Shown: positions 50,548 to 59,452, numbered from the stretch's first letter. The stretch: 64,000 nucleotides of DNA from Prochlorococcaceae cyanobacterium ETNP18_MAG_14 (GCA_030741055.1 JASLWC010000001.1:4061-68060); one strand, 5' to 3'. The notes: generated from the letters alone by a model not told the origin. Program-made: numbers and translations.

Positions 50548-50850
50548 CTATGGGGAAGGGCGGTATAGACGGAGTCGGCGCGGAGCCCCTCTCAAGCGCT
50601 GAGGCTCTTGGGCTTCCAGAGCAGATCGGAAAATTTCTGTATTAGCAAGAGACGTCGTTGAGGTTGCGGAACTTTGACCTTGCTCGTGGCGCTGAACACC
50701 TTGCTGAATTAGTACTTTGGCCATATTGCTAACGGTGCGGGATTCCATCTCGGCAAGAGCTGCCAGGCGGGCACAAAGTGCTTCAGGCAGTACGACTTGA
50801 ACTCTTGGGGACTTGGGCTTCCCACTGGATGAGGTTTGACGGGTAGCCAC
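50548..50850 (-). CDS. Ribbon-helix-helix (CopG-like) DNA-binding protein
   Basis: PRVQVVLPEALCARLAALAEMESRTVSNMAKVLIQQG; GTG start at 50850. Confidence 0.82.
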   Translation of the reverse strand: MATRQTSSSGKPKSPRVQVVLPEALCARLAALAEMESRTVSNMAKVLIQQGVQRHEQGQSSATSTTSLANTEIFRSALEAQEPQRLRGAPRRLRLYRPSP

Positions 50851-51045
50851 GACCCAAAAAATGTAAGTCCTACTAATAAGTGTACAGAGGTGTGCAAGGA
50901 TAGTATCCAGCACTATGCTGAATTCACTCCTCGGAATGGTCTATTCCGCTGGCCCAGTTCAAAAGATCTCTTGGACCCTCGGAATAACTAAGGCCATCTC
51001 CTCTCCCCCGCAATCGTCTATCAGGCCACCAATAAGGATTGCCCC

Positions 51046-51423
51046 ATGACCAAGCCCACCCTTCCGCCTTCAACTCGCAAGAAGGCCGCGCAGACAGCAA
51101 GCAGCGGTATCAAATCCAGCAGTGGTATCAAATCCAGCAGCCGTATCAAATCAAGCAGCCGTACCGCGCTAAGTAGCGGCCGGCGTTCAAGCCGGAGCAA
51201 AGAAAATAGCGATGTGCTGGTATCTGCCGTGATCAGCAGCTATTTACTTACGCACCTGCATCAAGTCTTGCAACGGGCGGAATATGGCGCTGTCAAAGAC
51301 GGACGTGAATCCCATGCCGCAAATTTTGCTCAACTGCGCAAAGTGCTTTGTATGGATGCCCGCAGCATGGAAGATGCATCAGCAGCAGGCTCTAGAGAGG
51401 TTGACTTGGAGCAGGCAGCATGA
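51046..51423 (+). CDS. Hypothetical protein with basic Ser-rich N-terminus
   Basis: ATG ORF preceded by AAGGA; helical C-terminal part (YLLTHLHQVLQRAE). Confidence 0.75.
   Translation: MTKPTLPPSTRKKAAQTASSGIKSSSGIKSSSRIKSSSRTALSSGRRSSRSKENSDVLVSAVISSYLLTHLHQVLQRAEYGAVKDGRESHAANFAQLRKVLCMDARSMEDASAAGSREVDLEQAA
51100..51163 (+). repeat. 18-bp in-frame tandem repeat, about 3.5 copies (SSGIKS)
   Basis: agcagcggtatcaaatcc agcagtggtatcaaatcc agcagccgtatcaaatca agcagccgta. Confidence 0.88.
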
Positions 51424-51484
51424 ACAAAGAATTGAGTCAAATCACTACAGGCTGAATAGGGTTCCAACAGCCACTTCCTTTCCG

Positions 51485-51715
51485 ATGAGCAGCAATGCTT
51501 CAGAGCTCTACGAACGTATTCAGAACGATCAGAAGCACACCAAGGTTCTCTTCCGTCAGGCCCTTCAAGATCCGCAGGGAGCCTTGCAGGCAATTTGTGA
51601 TCTGGGGAGCAGCATGGGATTACCGGTTACGCCTGATGAAGTCAAAGCCCACCTGGCCAGCTTGGATGACGCAGAAACTAAACAATGGCTAATCAAGGCC
51701 CGGGGGGGGCTTTAA
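51485..51715 (+). CDS. Small protein (76 aa) resembling a Nif11-type leader, ending RGGL
   Basis: MSSNASELYERIQND...LGSSMGLPVTPDEV...KARGGL. Confidence 0.7.
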   Translation: MSSNASELYERIQNDQKHTKVLFRQALQDPQGALQAICDLGSSMGLPVTPDEVKAHLASLDDAETKQWLIKARGGL

Positions 51716-51881
51716 GGCCAGGAACGGAATCAAGGGGGCGTTCTACCTGAGCAGGCGGGGATTTCTCAATCCCGCGACGGTCATAACCGCCGCCGCCTGC
51801 CAAGCTCCAAAAAAACCAGTAGCTGGGGATTGCCAAGCCGGCAGCCAGTAAAAGAGCCGTAATTTGTTCGAGTTTCACCAT
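51693..51881 (-). CDS. Small single-TM protein
   Basis: MVKLEQITALLLAAGLAIPSYWFFWSLAGGGGYDRRG. Confidence 0.65.
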   Translation of the reverse strand: MVKLEQITALLLAAGLAIPSYWFFWSLAGGGGYDRRGIEKSPPAQVERPLDSVPGLKAPPGP

Positions 51882-51961
51882 GGCCGGGAATCCGGAATGG
51901 GTAGCTTCCAGTCTGCCTTTAGTTCGAAGCCCGATGATGGTCTAGTGGTTGATTTCACCCT

Positions 51962-53686
51962 GTGCTGCGACTTGAGCGAGTTAGCAAGATCTATCCAACC
52001 GGGGAAGTCCTCAAAGATGTCACCTGGGAAATCAAGGCTGGAGATCGGATTGGACTGGTAGGTGTTAATGGGGCGGGTAAAACCACCCAGCTCAAATTGA
52101 TCGCAGGACTGGAGGAAGCCAGCAGCGGCCAGATAGTGCGTCAAGGGAATCCACACATTGCCTATTTGCAACAAGAGTTTGATGTAAATCTCTGCCGCAC
52201 TGTGCGGCAGGAGCTTTTCCAAGCTTTTGGCGAAGCTGCTGTTGTGGTTAATCAACAGAGCCTTGTGGAGGCGGCCATGGCTACAGAGCGGGCTGCAGAA
52301 GATGCGGTTTATCTCGATAGCTTGATCAAGGATTTAAGCCGTTTACAAAGTCGCTTTGAAGCCCTGCATGGCTACGAGCTAGAGGCTCGAATCGAAAAAC
52401 TGCTACCTAATATTGGCTTCAGCTCCGAGGGTGCCGATCAACTGGTAGGGGACTATTCCGGTGGTTGGCAAATGCGCATTGCCTTGGGCAAGATCCTTCT
52501 TCAAGATCCTGATCTGCTGCTGCTCGACGAACCTACAAATCACTTGGACGTGGAAACCATCCAGTGGTTGGAGGGATATTTGATTGAGCAAACCGCCGCC
52601 ATGGTTGTAATCAGCCATGACCGAACCTTCTTAGATCGGATCTGCACCCAAATCGTTAGTACCGAAAGAGGAGTCTCGCGCACTTATATCGGTAACTACA
52701 GCGCTCATCTTGAGCAGAAGGCACTCGAACAGGAAGCCACTCAGGCTGCGTATGAACGTCAGCAGAAAGATCTCGCCAGTCAGCAGGCCTATGTAGATCG
52801 CTTCAGGGCTAGTGCCACACGAAGCACTCAGGCCAAGAGTCGAGAGAAACTCCTTGAGAAAGTGGAGCGAATCGAAGCTCCAATTGCAGCTGTAAGCGGC
52901 CCCAGCTTTCGCTTCCCTGATGCACCACGCTCTGGTCGACAGGTGGCGTCAATCGAAGATCTCAGCCATAGCTACGCAGAAAAGATTCTTTTTCTCGGGG
53001 CCCATCTAGAGGTAGAGCCAGGTGATCGAATTGCTTTAGTCGGTGCCAATGGCTCTGGCAAGTCAACTCTGCTGCGCTTGATCATGGGTTTGGAAGCTCC
53101 GGATGACGGTCTGGTCTCATTGGGAGAGCACAACGTGATCGCTGGCTATTTCGAACAGAACCAGGCAGAAGCGTTGGACCTAACTAAAACCGTGATTAAC
53201 ACGATGTTTGAAGTCGTGCCGGATTGGACCCAAACTCAGGTGCGTTCGTTGCTCGGAAGCTTCTGCTTGAGCAATGATTCTGTCTTCAAAGAGGTTGGCA
53301 AGTTGAGTGGTGGTGAGAAGGCTCGCTTGGCCCTAGCGCTGATGCTTATACAACCATGCAATTTGTTGGTGCTCGATGAGCCCACCAACCATCTCGACAT
53401 CCCTGCCAAGCAGATGCTGGAAGATGCGCTGCGGGCATATGAGGGTGCCGCTCTGTTGGTTTCTCATGATCGCTACTTCATTTCGCGTGTAGCTAATCGC
53501 ATCGTGGAATTGCGCGATGGAGAACTGGTGCTTTACCGCGGCAACTACTCCTATTACCAGGAAAAAAAGGAGGAAGAAAAAACCGCCGCCGCCGCCGCAG
53601 TAGCCCTAGCAGAGCGAGAAGCCAAACGCTTGGCCAATCGCGATCGCCAGAGGAAGCGACAAGCCCAAAAAAAGACTGCTGGCTAA
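51962..53686 (+). CDS. ABC-F family ATP-binding protein
   Basis: Two NBDs (YSGGWQMR / LSGGEKAR; LDEPTNHLD twice), no TM domain. Confidence 0.95.
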   Translation: MLRLERVSKIYPTGEVLKDVTWEIKAGDRIGLVGVNGAGKTTQLKLIAGLEEASSGQIVRQGNPHIAYLQQEFDVNLCRTVRQELFQAFGEAAVVVNQQSLVEAAMATERAAEDAVYLDSLIKDLSRLQSRFEALHGYELEARIEKLLPNIGFSSEGADQLVGDYSGGWQMRIALGKILLQDPDLLLLDEPTNHLDVETIQWLEGYLIEQTAAMVVISHDRTFLDRICTQIVSTERGVSRTYIGNYSAHLEQKALEQEATQAAYERQQKDLASQQAYVDRFRASATRSTQAKSREKLLEKVERIEAPIAAVSGPSFRFPDAPRSGRQVASIEDLSHSYAEKILFLGAHLEVEPGDRIALVGANGSGKSTLLRLIMGLEAPDDGLVSLGEHNVIAGYFEQNQAEALDLTKTVINTMFEVVPDWTQTQVRSLLGSFCLSNDSVFKEVGKLSGGEKARLALALMLIQPCNLLVLDEPTNHLDIPAKQMLEDALRAYEGAALLVSHDRYFISRVANRIVELRDGELVLYRGNYSYYQEKKEEEKTAAAAAVALAEREAKRLANRDRQRKRQAQKKTAG

Positions 53687-53801
53687 CCCGGACTCTCTCC
53701 GCTTGGCAAAAAAACTTTAAAAAACATTAGGCAGGAAGACTCATTTCTCTTTGTGGACTCAAAATATGTGCATAAGCTGACACCACTGTTTCTGGTCCGT
53801 A

Positions 53802-53990
53802 ATGACGAACGCCTCTGCCCACCGTGCTGGAGACCCCCACATCACCAGCTCGACCAGCGACGTAAGCCATGACCACGAGCAGACTTGGGATGCAGTTGAA
53901 ACTTACTTCGAATGCATCACGACCTGTTCGTTGGATGACGGTGAATGCATTACTCGCTGCGTAGATCAATTGCGAGACTCGGACGATTGA
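53802..53990 (+). CDS. Small acidic protein with twin CX3C motif
   Basis: TWDAVETYFECITTCSLDDGECITRCVDQL. Confidence 0.72.
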   Translation: MTNASAHRAGDPHITSSTSDVSHDHEQTWDAVETYFECITTCSLDDGECITRCVDQLRDSDD

Positions 53991-54135
53991 ATGGCTTTTG
54001 CCAAGATCTCAACAGAGATTGCAAAGTATTTACGCTGGGATAAATTTACGGTGGGATACGAAGTCTTCAGAAAAAGAAATTGCTTGAGCAATTTGGTTTT
54101 CGCTAGCTACAGAATGATTAGGGATTAGGTGGGGA

Positions 54136-55323
54136 TCAAGGGGTTTGCATTGCCTTCAGCTCAATAGGTATGACAGTTAGTTCAATTTGATTGTTGCCCC
54201 GAATTAGTCCGAGCTTGAGTGGTCGCCCCGCTCCATGATTATCAATCGCCGTTACTACTTCAGCAGGGCCCGTAATGGGCTGCCCTTTTACTGAAACGAT
54301 CACATCATTAACCTTTAAACCGGCAATAGCGGCAGGCCCACCGGGCACTAACGAGCGAATTACTGCCCCAGCAGAGCCGCTAGTGCCAGGTTGGGATAGC
54401 GGCACTGACGAGAGTCCAACACCCACGATCGGATGACTGGCCCAACCACGCTCCACTAGTTGCTTTGCGATGACTATTGCCCGGTTGATTGGGATAGCAA
54501 AGCCCAGGCCGGCCCCTGGCCCGGAGCGAACGAGTGTATTTATTCCCACTACATTGCCCTCAGCATTTAGTAGAGGGCCGCCGGAGTTGCCTGGATTGAT
54601 GGCGGCATCGGTTTGAATCAAATCCAACCGCTTTCCAGAGATCCCAAGCTGGGAAACATTGCGGTTGAGGTTGCTGATAATTCCTAACGTCACAGTATTT
54701 TCAAGACCAAACGGGTTGCCAACGGCAATAGCCCAGTCCCCGACCTGAAGCTGATCAGAATCTCCCAATGGAGCACTCGGCCAAGGCCCCTGGCCATCTA
54801 ATTGCACTACCGCTAGATCTGTAATCGCATCCTGACCCACCAGTCGGGCCGACACTCTTCGACCATCTGGCAATCCCACCATGAGCTGATCGCTTTTCTC
54901 AACTACATGGGCATTGGTCAGTACCAATCCCGTTGTCGAAAAGATCACACCACTTCCTTGTCCCCGTTCGATTCGGGAGCGGGGAGCAACTCTGCCGGAC
55001 TGGCCGAAAAAGTGTTGAAACAGGGGGTCCATCAATAGCCCCTGGGGCACACCAGTTGTGCCCAAAGAACGGATAGTCCGTTGAGTCTCGAGAGTGACGA
55101 CGGCAGGCCCACTGCGGGCTACAGCTTCTGCCACAAACGATTGTCTGGATAATTTTGATGAGGCTGTTGCCGCCGGCAGCGAACTGGCAGTAAATGCCGA
55201 AAACACTGGCAGACAAACCAATCCAGCGCCTAATAGAAGACCACCACGACTCAATCTGCTCCAGCTTGAAGTTGGAGGGAAGAGTCGGAACTCTGCGGAA
55301 GATTTCTCAAGCAACGCAGACAT
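54136..55323 (-). CDS. HtrA/DegQ-family serine protease with one PDZ domain
   Basis: TNAHVV, DLAVV, GNSGGPL triad and C-terminal PDZ. Confidence 0.95.
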   Translation of the reverse strand: MSALLEKSSAEFRLFPPTSSWSRLSRGGLLLGAGLVCLPVFSAFTASSLPAATASSKLSRQSFVAEAVARSGPAVVTLETQRTIRSLGTTGVPQGLLMDPLFQHFFGQSGRVAPRSRIERGQGSGVIFSTTGLVLTNAHVVEKSDQLMVGLPDGRRVSARLVGQDAITDLAVVQLDGQGPWPSAPLGDSDQLQVGDWAIAVGNPFGLENTVTLGIISNLNRNVSQLGISGKRLDLIQTDAAINPGNSGGPLLNAEGNVVGINTLVRSGPGAGLGFAIPINRAIVIAKQLVERGWASHPIVGVGLSSVPLSQPGTSGSAGAVIRSLVPGGPAAIAGLKVNDVIVSVKGQPITGPAEVVTAIDNHGAGRPLKLGLIRGNNQIELTVIPIELKAMQTP

Positions 55324-55651
55324 AAGGCATCAAACAATCCTTTGATGGCTTTGACAGTAGGCAAGGCGTTCAGGCACAACGGAGTTAATCCTTGTTAGAG
55401 CTGTGACCGAATACGTCTGAGTTCGATTGATAAAACCTTCATCTCCCGACGAAACCGCTCAAAAAGCCCCAGACTGAATGAACTGTTGCAACAAATCATG
55501 GATGCATCGACCCCGTTGCCATGCTTTCGGAAATTTGAACAGTCTTTGCTTTGTGAGGCACTTGCCATTGGCAGGACCTTTCAAGGGCAAGCAATGATGA
55601 ACACCTCTAGGCGATAAACCAATCGCCTTTGTCGCAAACCATGAAGACTCT

Positions 55652-55927
55652 ATGGATAACTCCCTGTTCCCGATTATTTACGGTGCTGCCTTCTTCATCC
55701 TGTTGTGGCAAGCCTTTCGGGTGATGGGGAAGGGTTTTAACGCTGCTCAGCAAACAACGCGTAGCCAGGCAATTAAGAGCAACTCAAAGGGTGATCGCAC
55801 TGGTTTGATCACTGTTCATCCTGAATTACTAGACCAGGAAGGTCGCATCACAGATGAGGAACTACTCACCGTTCGCTTCTCAGGAGACAACGAGCCACCT
55901 CAGTCAGCGGAAACTCCTGCTGAATAA
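55652..55927 (+). CDS. DUF2973 small membrane protein
   Basis: N-terminal TM; HPELLDQEG...LLTVRF motif. Confidence 0.8.
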   Translation: MDNSLFPIIYGAAFFILLWQAFRVMGKGFNAAQQTTRSQAIKSNSKGDRTGLITVHPELLDQEGRITDEELLTVRFSGDNEPPQSAETPAE

Positions 55928-55960
55928 ATTAGAAAGAGAACGTCCAAGGCCGGCACGGGA

Positions 55961-56368
55961 TTGGACTTGATGGGGGAGGCCCTGGTGGATCAAAGAACAC
56001 GCATTGTGGCTGCTGTTATTAAGGCAGTGAAGTTGCCTCCAAGGTTTCGATTGCGGCTGGTGAAAGAAGATCCTGTGCGGCTTGAACTCAGCCTCACTCC
56101 GGCCTACGGCAAACAGCCAATTCTCGTGGGATTGGTGGAATCTCAAGACCTTGTTGCTCGGCGAGATCGAGAAGGCCGCATCCCTAGAGATTTGCAGGGA
56201 ACATGGGATTGGACGGTTCGTCATGGAGATGTGAGCACCGGAGGTTGGAATCCTTTGCTTAAAGAAGCCCTTCAGACCATGTTTGAGACAGGATTGCCAG
56301 CCATCGTCTATGAAGAGCTCACAGGTGAGGACTATCACCCAGTTGACGGCGCTCGTCACGTGCGTTGA
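55961..56368 (+). CDS. Hypothetical protein
   Basis: 135-aa ORF co-directional with its neighbours; start may be 55970 or 55985. Confidence 0.75.
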   Translation: MDLMGEALVDQRTRIVAAVIKAVKLPPRFRLRLVKEDPVRLELSLTPAYGKQPILVGLVESQDLVARRDREGRIPRDLQGTWDWTVRHGDVSTGGWNPLLKEALQTMFETGLPAIVYEELTGEDYHPVDGARHVR

Positions 56369-56460
56369 TTGTTGAGGATGTGAAGCCCTGCGAACTACTA
56401 GGGCTGTAAACAGGGGTCAGGGGCTAGACCAGTAAAGTCCATGCTCTTAAGGTTTTCTTC

Positions 56461-56565
56461 ATGACCAGCCTGCAGCTTTCGGCAGGGCCTTTCGTGAGGC
56501 TTCTCTTTGCCATTGGAGCGCTAAGCAGTCTGATGCTGTTGATTCTCCTAACTTTGTTCAGCTGA
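56461..56565 (+). CDS. Putative 34-aa single-TM microprotein upstream of hrpB
   Basis: MTSLQLSAGPFVRLLFAIGALSSLMLLILLTLFS, ending 11 bp before hrpB. Confidence 0.5.
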   Translation: MTSLQLSAGPFVRLLFAIGALSSLMLLILLTLFS

Positions 56566-56576
56566 CTGGTGAGAGC

Positions 56577-59192
56577 TTGGGAGAATTCCCGATCGACTCT
56601 TTACTTTCGCAGCTCTCAGAGGCGCTTGCTGAAAGCGCCACCGTGCTGCTGCAAGCGCCTCCAGGAGCCGGGAAAACTACCAGAGTCCCTCTTGCTCTTC
56701 TTGGGGCTATCAATGGCCAAACTCCTCTTCCAGGTCGAATCTGGATGCTGGAACCCCGACGCTTAGCTGCTAAAGCAGCAGCGACGCGCTTAGCCGCAAG
56801 TCTGAAGGAACCCTTGGGGGGGCGTGTTGGCTTCGCTGTAAGACATGAACAGCTGCGTTCAGAACGAACTCAATTAGAAGTGATCACCGACGGCTTGTTC
56901 CTGCGTCGTCTTCAGAGCGATCCGAGCCTAAAAGGGATTGATTGTGTGATCTTCGATGAATTTCACGAACGAAGAAGGGATAGCGACCTTGCTCTGACTT
57001 TGCTTAGAGAAGCACGCCCGCTGCTTCATCCAGAGCTAAGGATTCTGCTGATGTCTGCCACCCTCAATATTGATGAATTACAAGCTCGCTTGCCAGAAGC
57101 AACTCTTTTGCAGAGCGAGGGAAGAGCATTCCCGGTAATCACTCAACATCAGCCGCCACGCCCAGATGAATCTTTGCCCCACCAGGTGATGCGAGCCATT
57201 GAGGCTCATGCCTTATCCCTTGCCTCAACAGCTGCATCTTCAGCAACAGCCGTATCTGCAGCAACAGCCGTATCTGTCTCAACAGCCGTTTGCTTCGGTT
57301 CACGTCCCACAGTTTTGGTCTTCCTGCCTGGACAACGTGAGATCAAACGCACCCAGGAGCTATTGGCGGCGCAAGAAAGTCTTGATCACTGGGAGATTGC
57401 TTGTCTTCATGGCCAGCAACCTCTGGATGTACAGGCGCATGCATTGCTGGGTGCTGAATCGCCTTGGTTGGGCAAGATCGTCCTAGCAAGTTCGATTGCG
57501 GAGAGTTCCCTCACACTTGAAGGAGTTCGCTTGGTAATTGATAGCGGCTTGAGTCGGCAAAGTCGCTTTGACCCCAATACCGGCATGGAGGGACTTGAAA
57601 CTGTGCCTTCCAGCCTGGCAAGCGCTAGTCAACGTCAAGGTCGAGCTGGACGTCAGGGACCAGGTCAATGTGTTCAGCTCTGGTCTCCAGCGGAACAACT
57701 GCGACGCCCAAAACATTTTCCTCCAGAATTGCTTGTGGCTGATCCCATGCCAGTGGTGCTTGAGCTGGCGGCCTGGGGTGCCGGCCTAGGAGAAACCCTG
57801 CCATGGCTTGATCCACCGCCTCAGGCAGCGTTGCAGAAGGGGATGCAACAACTGATCAATCTGAATGCTCTCGATCGAGATGGACGGATTACCACCTCAG
57901 GACGTCATCTATGCAAACTTGGCATACACCCAAGGTTGGGAATCCTGTTGCTTCAAGCTCAGGCCTGGGGCTGTGAAGAACTAGGAGCCGACCTTGCCGC
58001 CTTGCTTAGTGATCGCGATCCTTTGAATAGCCATGAGTTTGGCTCCGACTTGATTGCTCGTCTGGAGTGGTTACGTCAAGACTTGAGTGAAGTGCATCGC
58101 TCTATCAGAAAGCGCCATGAGCAAATGCGTCGTCTCAGCAAAAAGCTGGTGCGTCAACTAAATGCCATTCCGCATCGCGCTGATTACAGCAAGCAAGCCG
58201 AACAGGACTTCTCGGAATACGCCCTGGCAGCACAATTGATCGCCAAAGCCTTCCCAGAATGGTTGGCTCTGGAAAGGCCCGGCCAAGCCGGGCAATACCG
58301 TTTGCGACAGGGGCGCGGCGCTCTACTCCACGAGCATGACCCGCTTAGGTCTACGCCTGCCTTGGCAGTGGCAAGGGTGGATCAGGGCCAGGCCAACACA
58401 CTTATCCGATTAGCACTCCCCCTTTCGATGCAATGGGTGGAGAAGCTGTGCGAGATAGATGGTGAGTGGTGTGAATCACTGAGCTGGGATGAAGAGAGCT
58501 CCAGGATTCGAGCTGAACGACATTTGAAGGTTGGTGAACTACTGATCCAACGCGAACGCCTCCTTGAACCTGCACCTGAACGCTGCCTGGAAATATTGCT
58601 GGGAGTCTTGTGCAATAAGGGCCTGGAGCAACTCCCTTGGGGTAGTCGAAGTGACCAACTTCGGCAGCGCCTGGAGCTAGCCCATCGTCATCTGGGCAGT
58701 CCTTGGCCGCCTCGTGATCTTGAACACCTTGCCAATCAACCAAACTCCTGGCTCAATAACTCCCTCTTGGGTTGCCTTGGCTTTGATGACTTGGGCGAGG
58801 AAGGTTTGATCGAAGCTCTATGGGGAGACCTCCCCTGGGAAATGCATCAGAAACTAGAGCTCCTGCTGCCACAGAGATTAACCATTCCTTCAGGTCGATC
58901 TGCTGCGCTGAGTTATGGCGATGGAGAGGTGAGATTGTCGGTGAAGCTTCAAGAAATGTTTGGTTGTGAAGATGGTCCAACATTGCTTAATGGCAAGCTT
59001 CCCGTGACCCTTGAGTTGCTGTCTCCAGCAGGGCGTACCTTGCAGCTCACCAGAGATCTATCAGCTTTCTGGGCTGGTAGTTATCAGCAGGTGAGACGCG
59101 AGATGCGCGGTCGTTATCCCAAGCATCCTTGGCCAGATAACCCTCGCGAAGCTAAAGCAACTGCCAGTATCAAAAAGCATATCCGCGATTGA
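56577..59192 (+). CDS. hrpB: ATP-dependent RNA helicase HrpB
   Basis: PGAGKTT, DEFHER, MSAT, QRQGRAGR and RYPKHPWP. Confidence 0.95.
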   Translation: MGEFPIDSLLSQLSEALAESATVLLQAPPGAGKTTRVPLALLGAINGQTPLPGRIWMLEPRRLAAKAAATRLAASLKEPLGGRVGFAVRHEQLRSERTQLEVITDGLFLRRLQSDPSLKGIDCVIFDEFHERRRDSDLALTLLREARPLLHPELRILLMSATLNIDELQARLPEATLLQSEGRAFPVITQHQPPRPDESLPHQVMRAIEAHALSLASTAASSATAVSAATAVSVSTAVCFGSRPTVLVFLPGQREIKRTQELLAAQESLDHWEIACLHGQQPLDVQAHALLGAESPWLGKIVLASSIAESSLTLEGVRLVIDSGLSRQSRFDPNTGMEGLETVPSSLASASQRQGRAGRQGPGQCVQLWSPAEQLRRPKHFPPELLVADPMPVVLELAAWGAGLGETLPWLDPPPQAALQKGMQQLINLNALDRDGRITTSGRHLCKLGIHPRLGILLLQAQAWGCEELGADLAALLSDRDPLNSHEFGSDLIARLEWLRQDLSEVHRSIRKRHEQMRRLSKKLVRQLNAIPHRADYSKQAEQDFSEYALAAQLIAKAFPEWLALERPGQAGQYRLRQGRGALLHEHDPLRSTPALAVARVDQGQANTLIRLALPLSMQWVEKLCEIDGEWCESLSWDEESSRIRAERHLKVGELLIQRERLLEPAPERCLEILLGVLCNKGLEQLPWGSRSDQLRQRLELAHRHLGSPWPPRDLEHLANQPNSWLNNSLLGCLGFDDLGEEGLIEALWGDLPWEMHQKLELLLPQRLTIPSGRSAALSYGDGEVRLSVKLQEMFGCEDGPTLLNGKLPVTLELLSPAGRTLQLTRDLSAFWAGSYQQVRREMRGRYPKHPWPDNPREAKATASIKKHIRD
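57222..57293 (+). repeat. 18-bp in-frame tandem repeat x4 inside hrpB
   Basis: gcctcaacagctgcatct tcagcaacagccgtatct gcagcaacagccgtatct gtctcaacagccgtttgc. Confidence 0.85.
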
Positions 59193-59299
59193 GATGCAGG
59201 CAAGCAGGGGAATCTGCATTAGGAATGCATCTCCATCGCAATTAAGGCCGTCAAGATATTTCTAAGCTTTGTTACGTTGATGAGGACTTGGAGCTTCTA

Positions 59300-59452
59300 A
59301 TGCCAGACAAAGCTCAGCCACAGCCTCGTTTCGGCTTCGTCAACTTTGCAGAAACCTGGAATGGCCGTTTGGCCATGATCGGCATAGTCATTGGCCTTGG
59401 CACCGAACTGCTGACCGGTCAAAGCATTCTTGCTCAGATGGGTCTGAGCTAG
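59300..59452 (+). CDS. hli: High-light-inducible protein (50 aa, below ORF-track cutoff)
   Basis: MPDKAQPQPRFGFVNFAETWNGRLAMIGIVIGLGTELLTGQSILAQMGLS. Confidence 0.95.
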   Translation: MPDKAQPQPRFGFVNFAETWNGRLAMIGIVIGLGTELLTGQSILAQMGLS

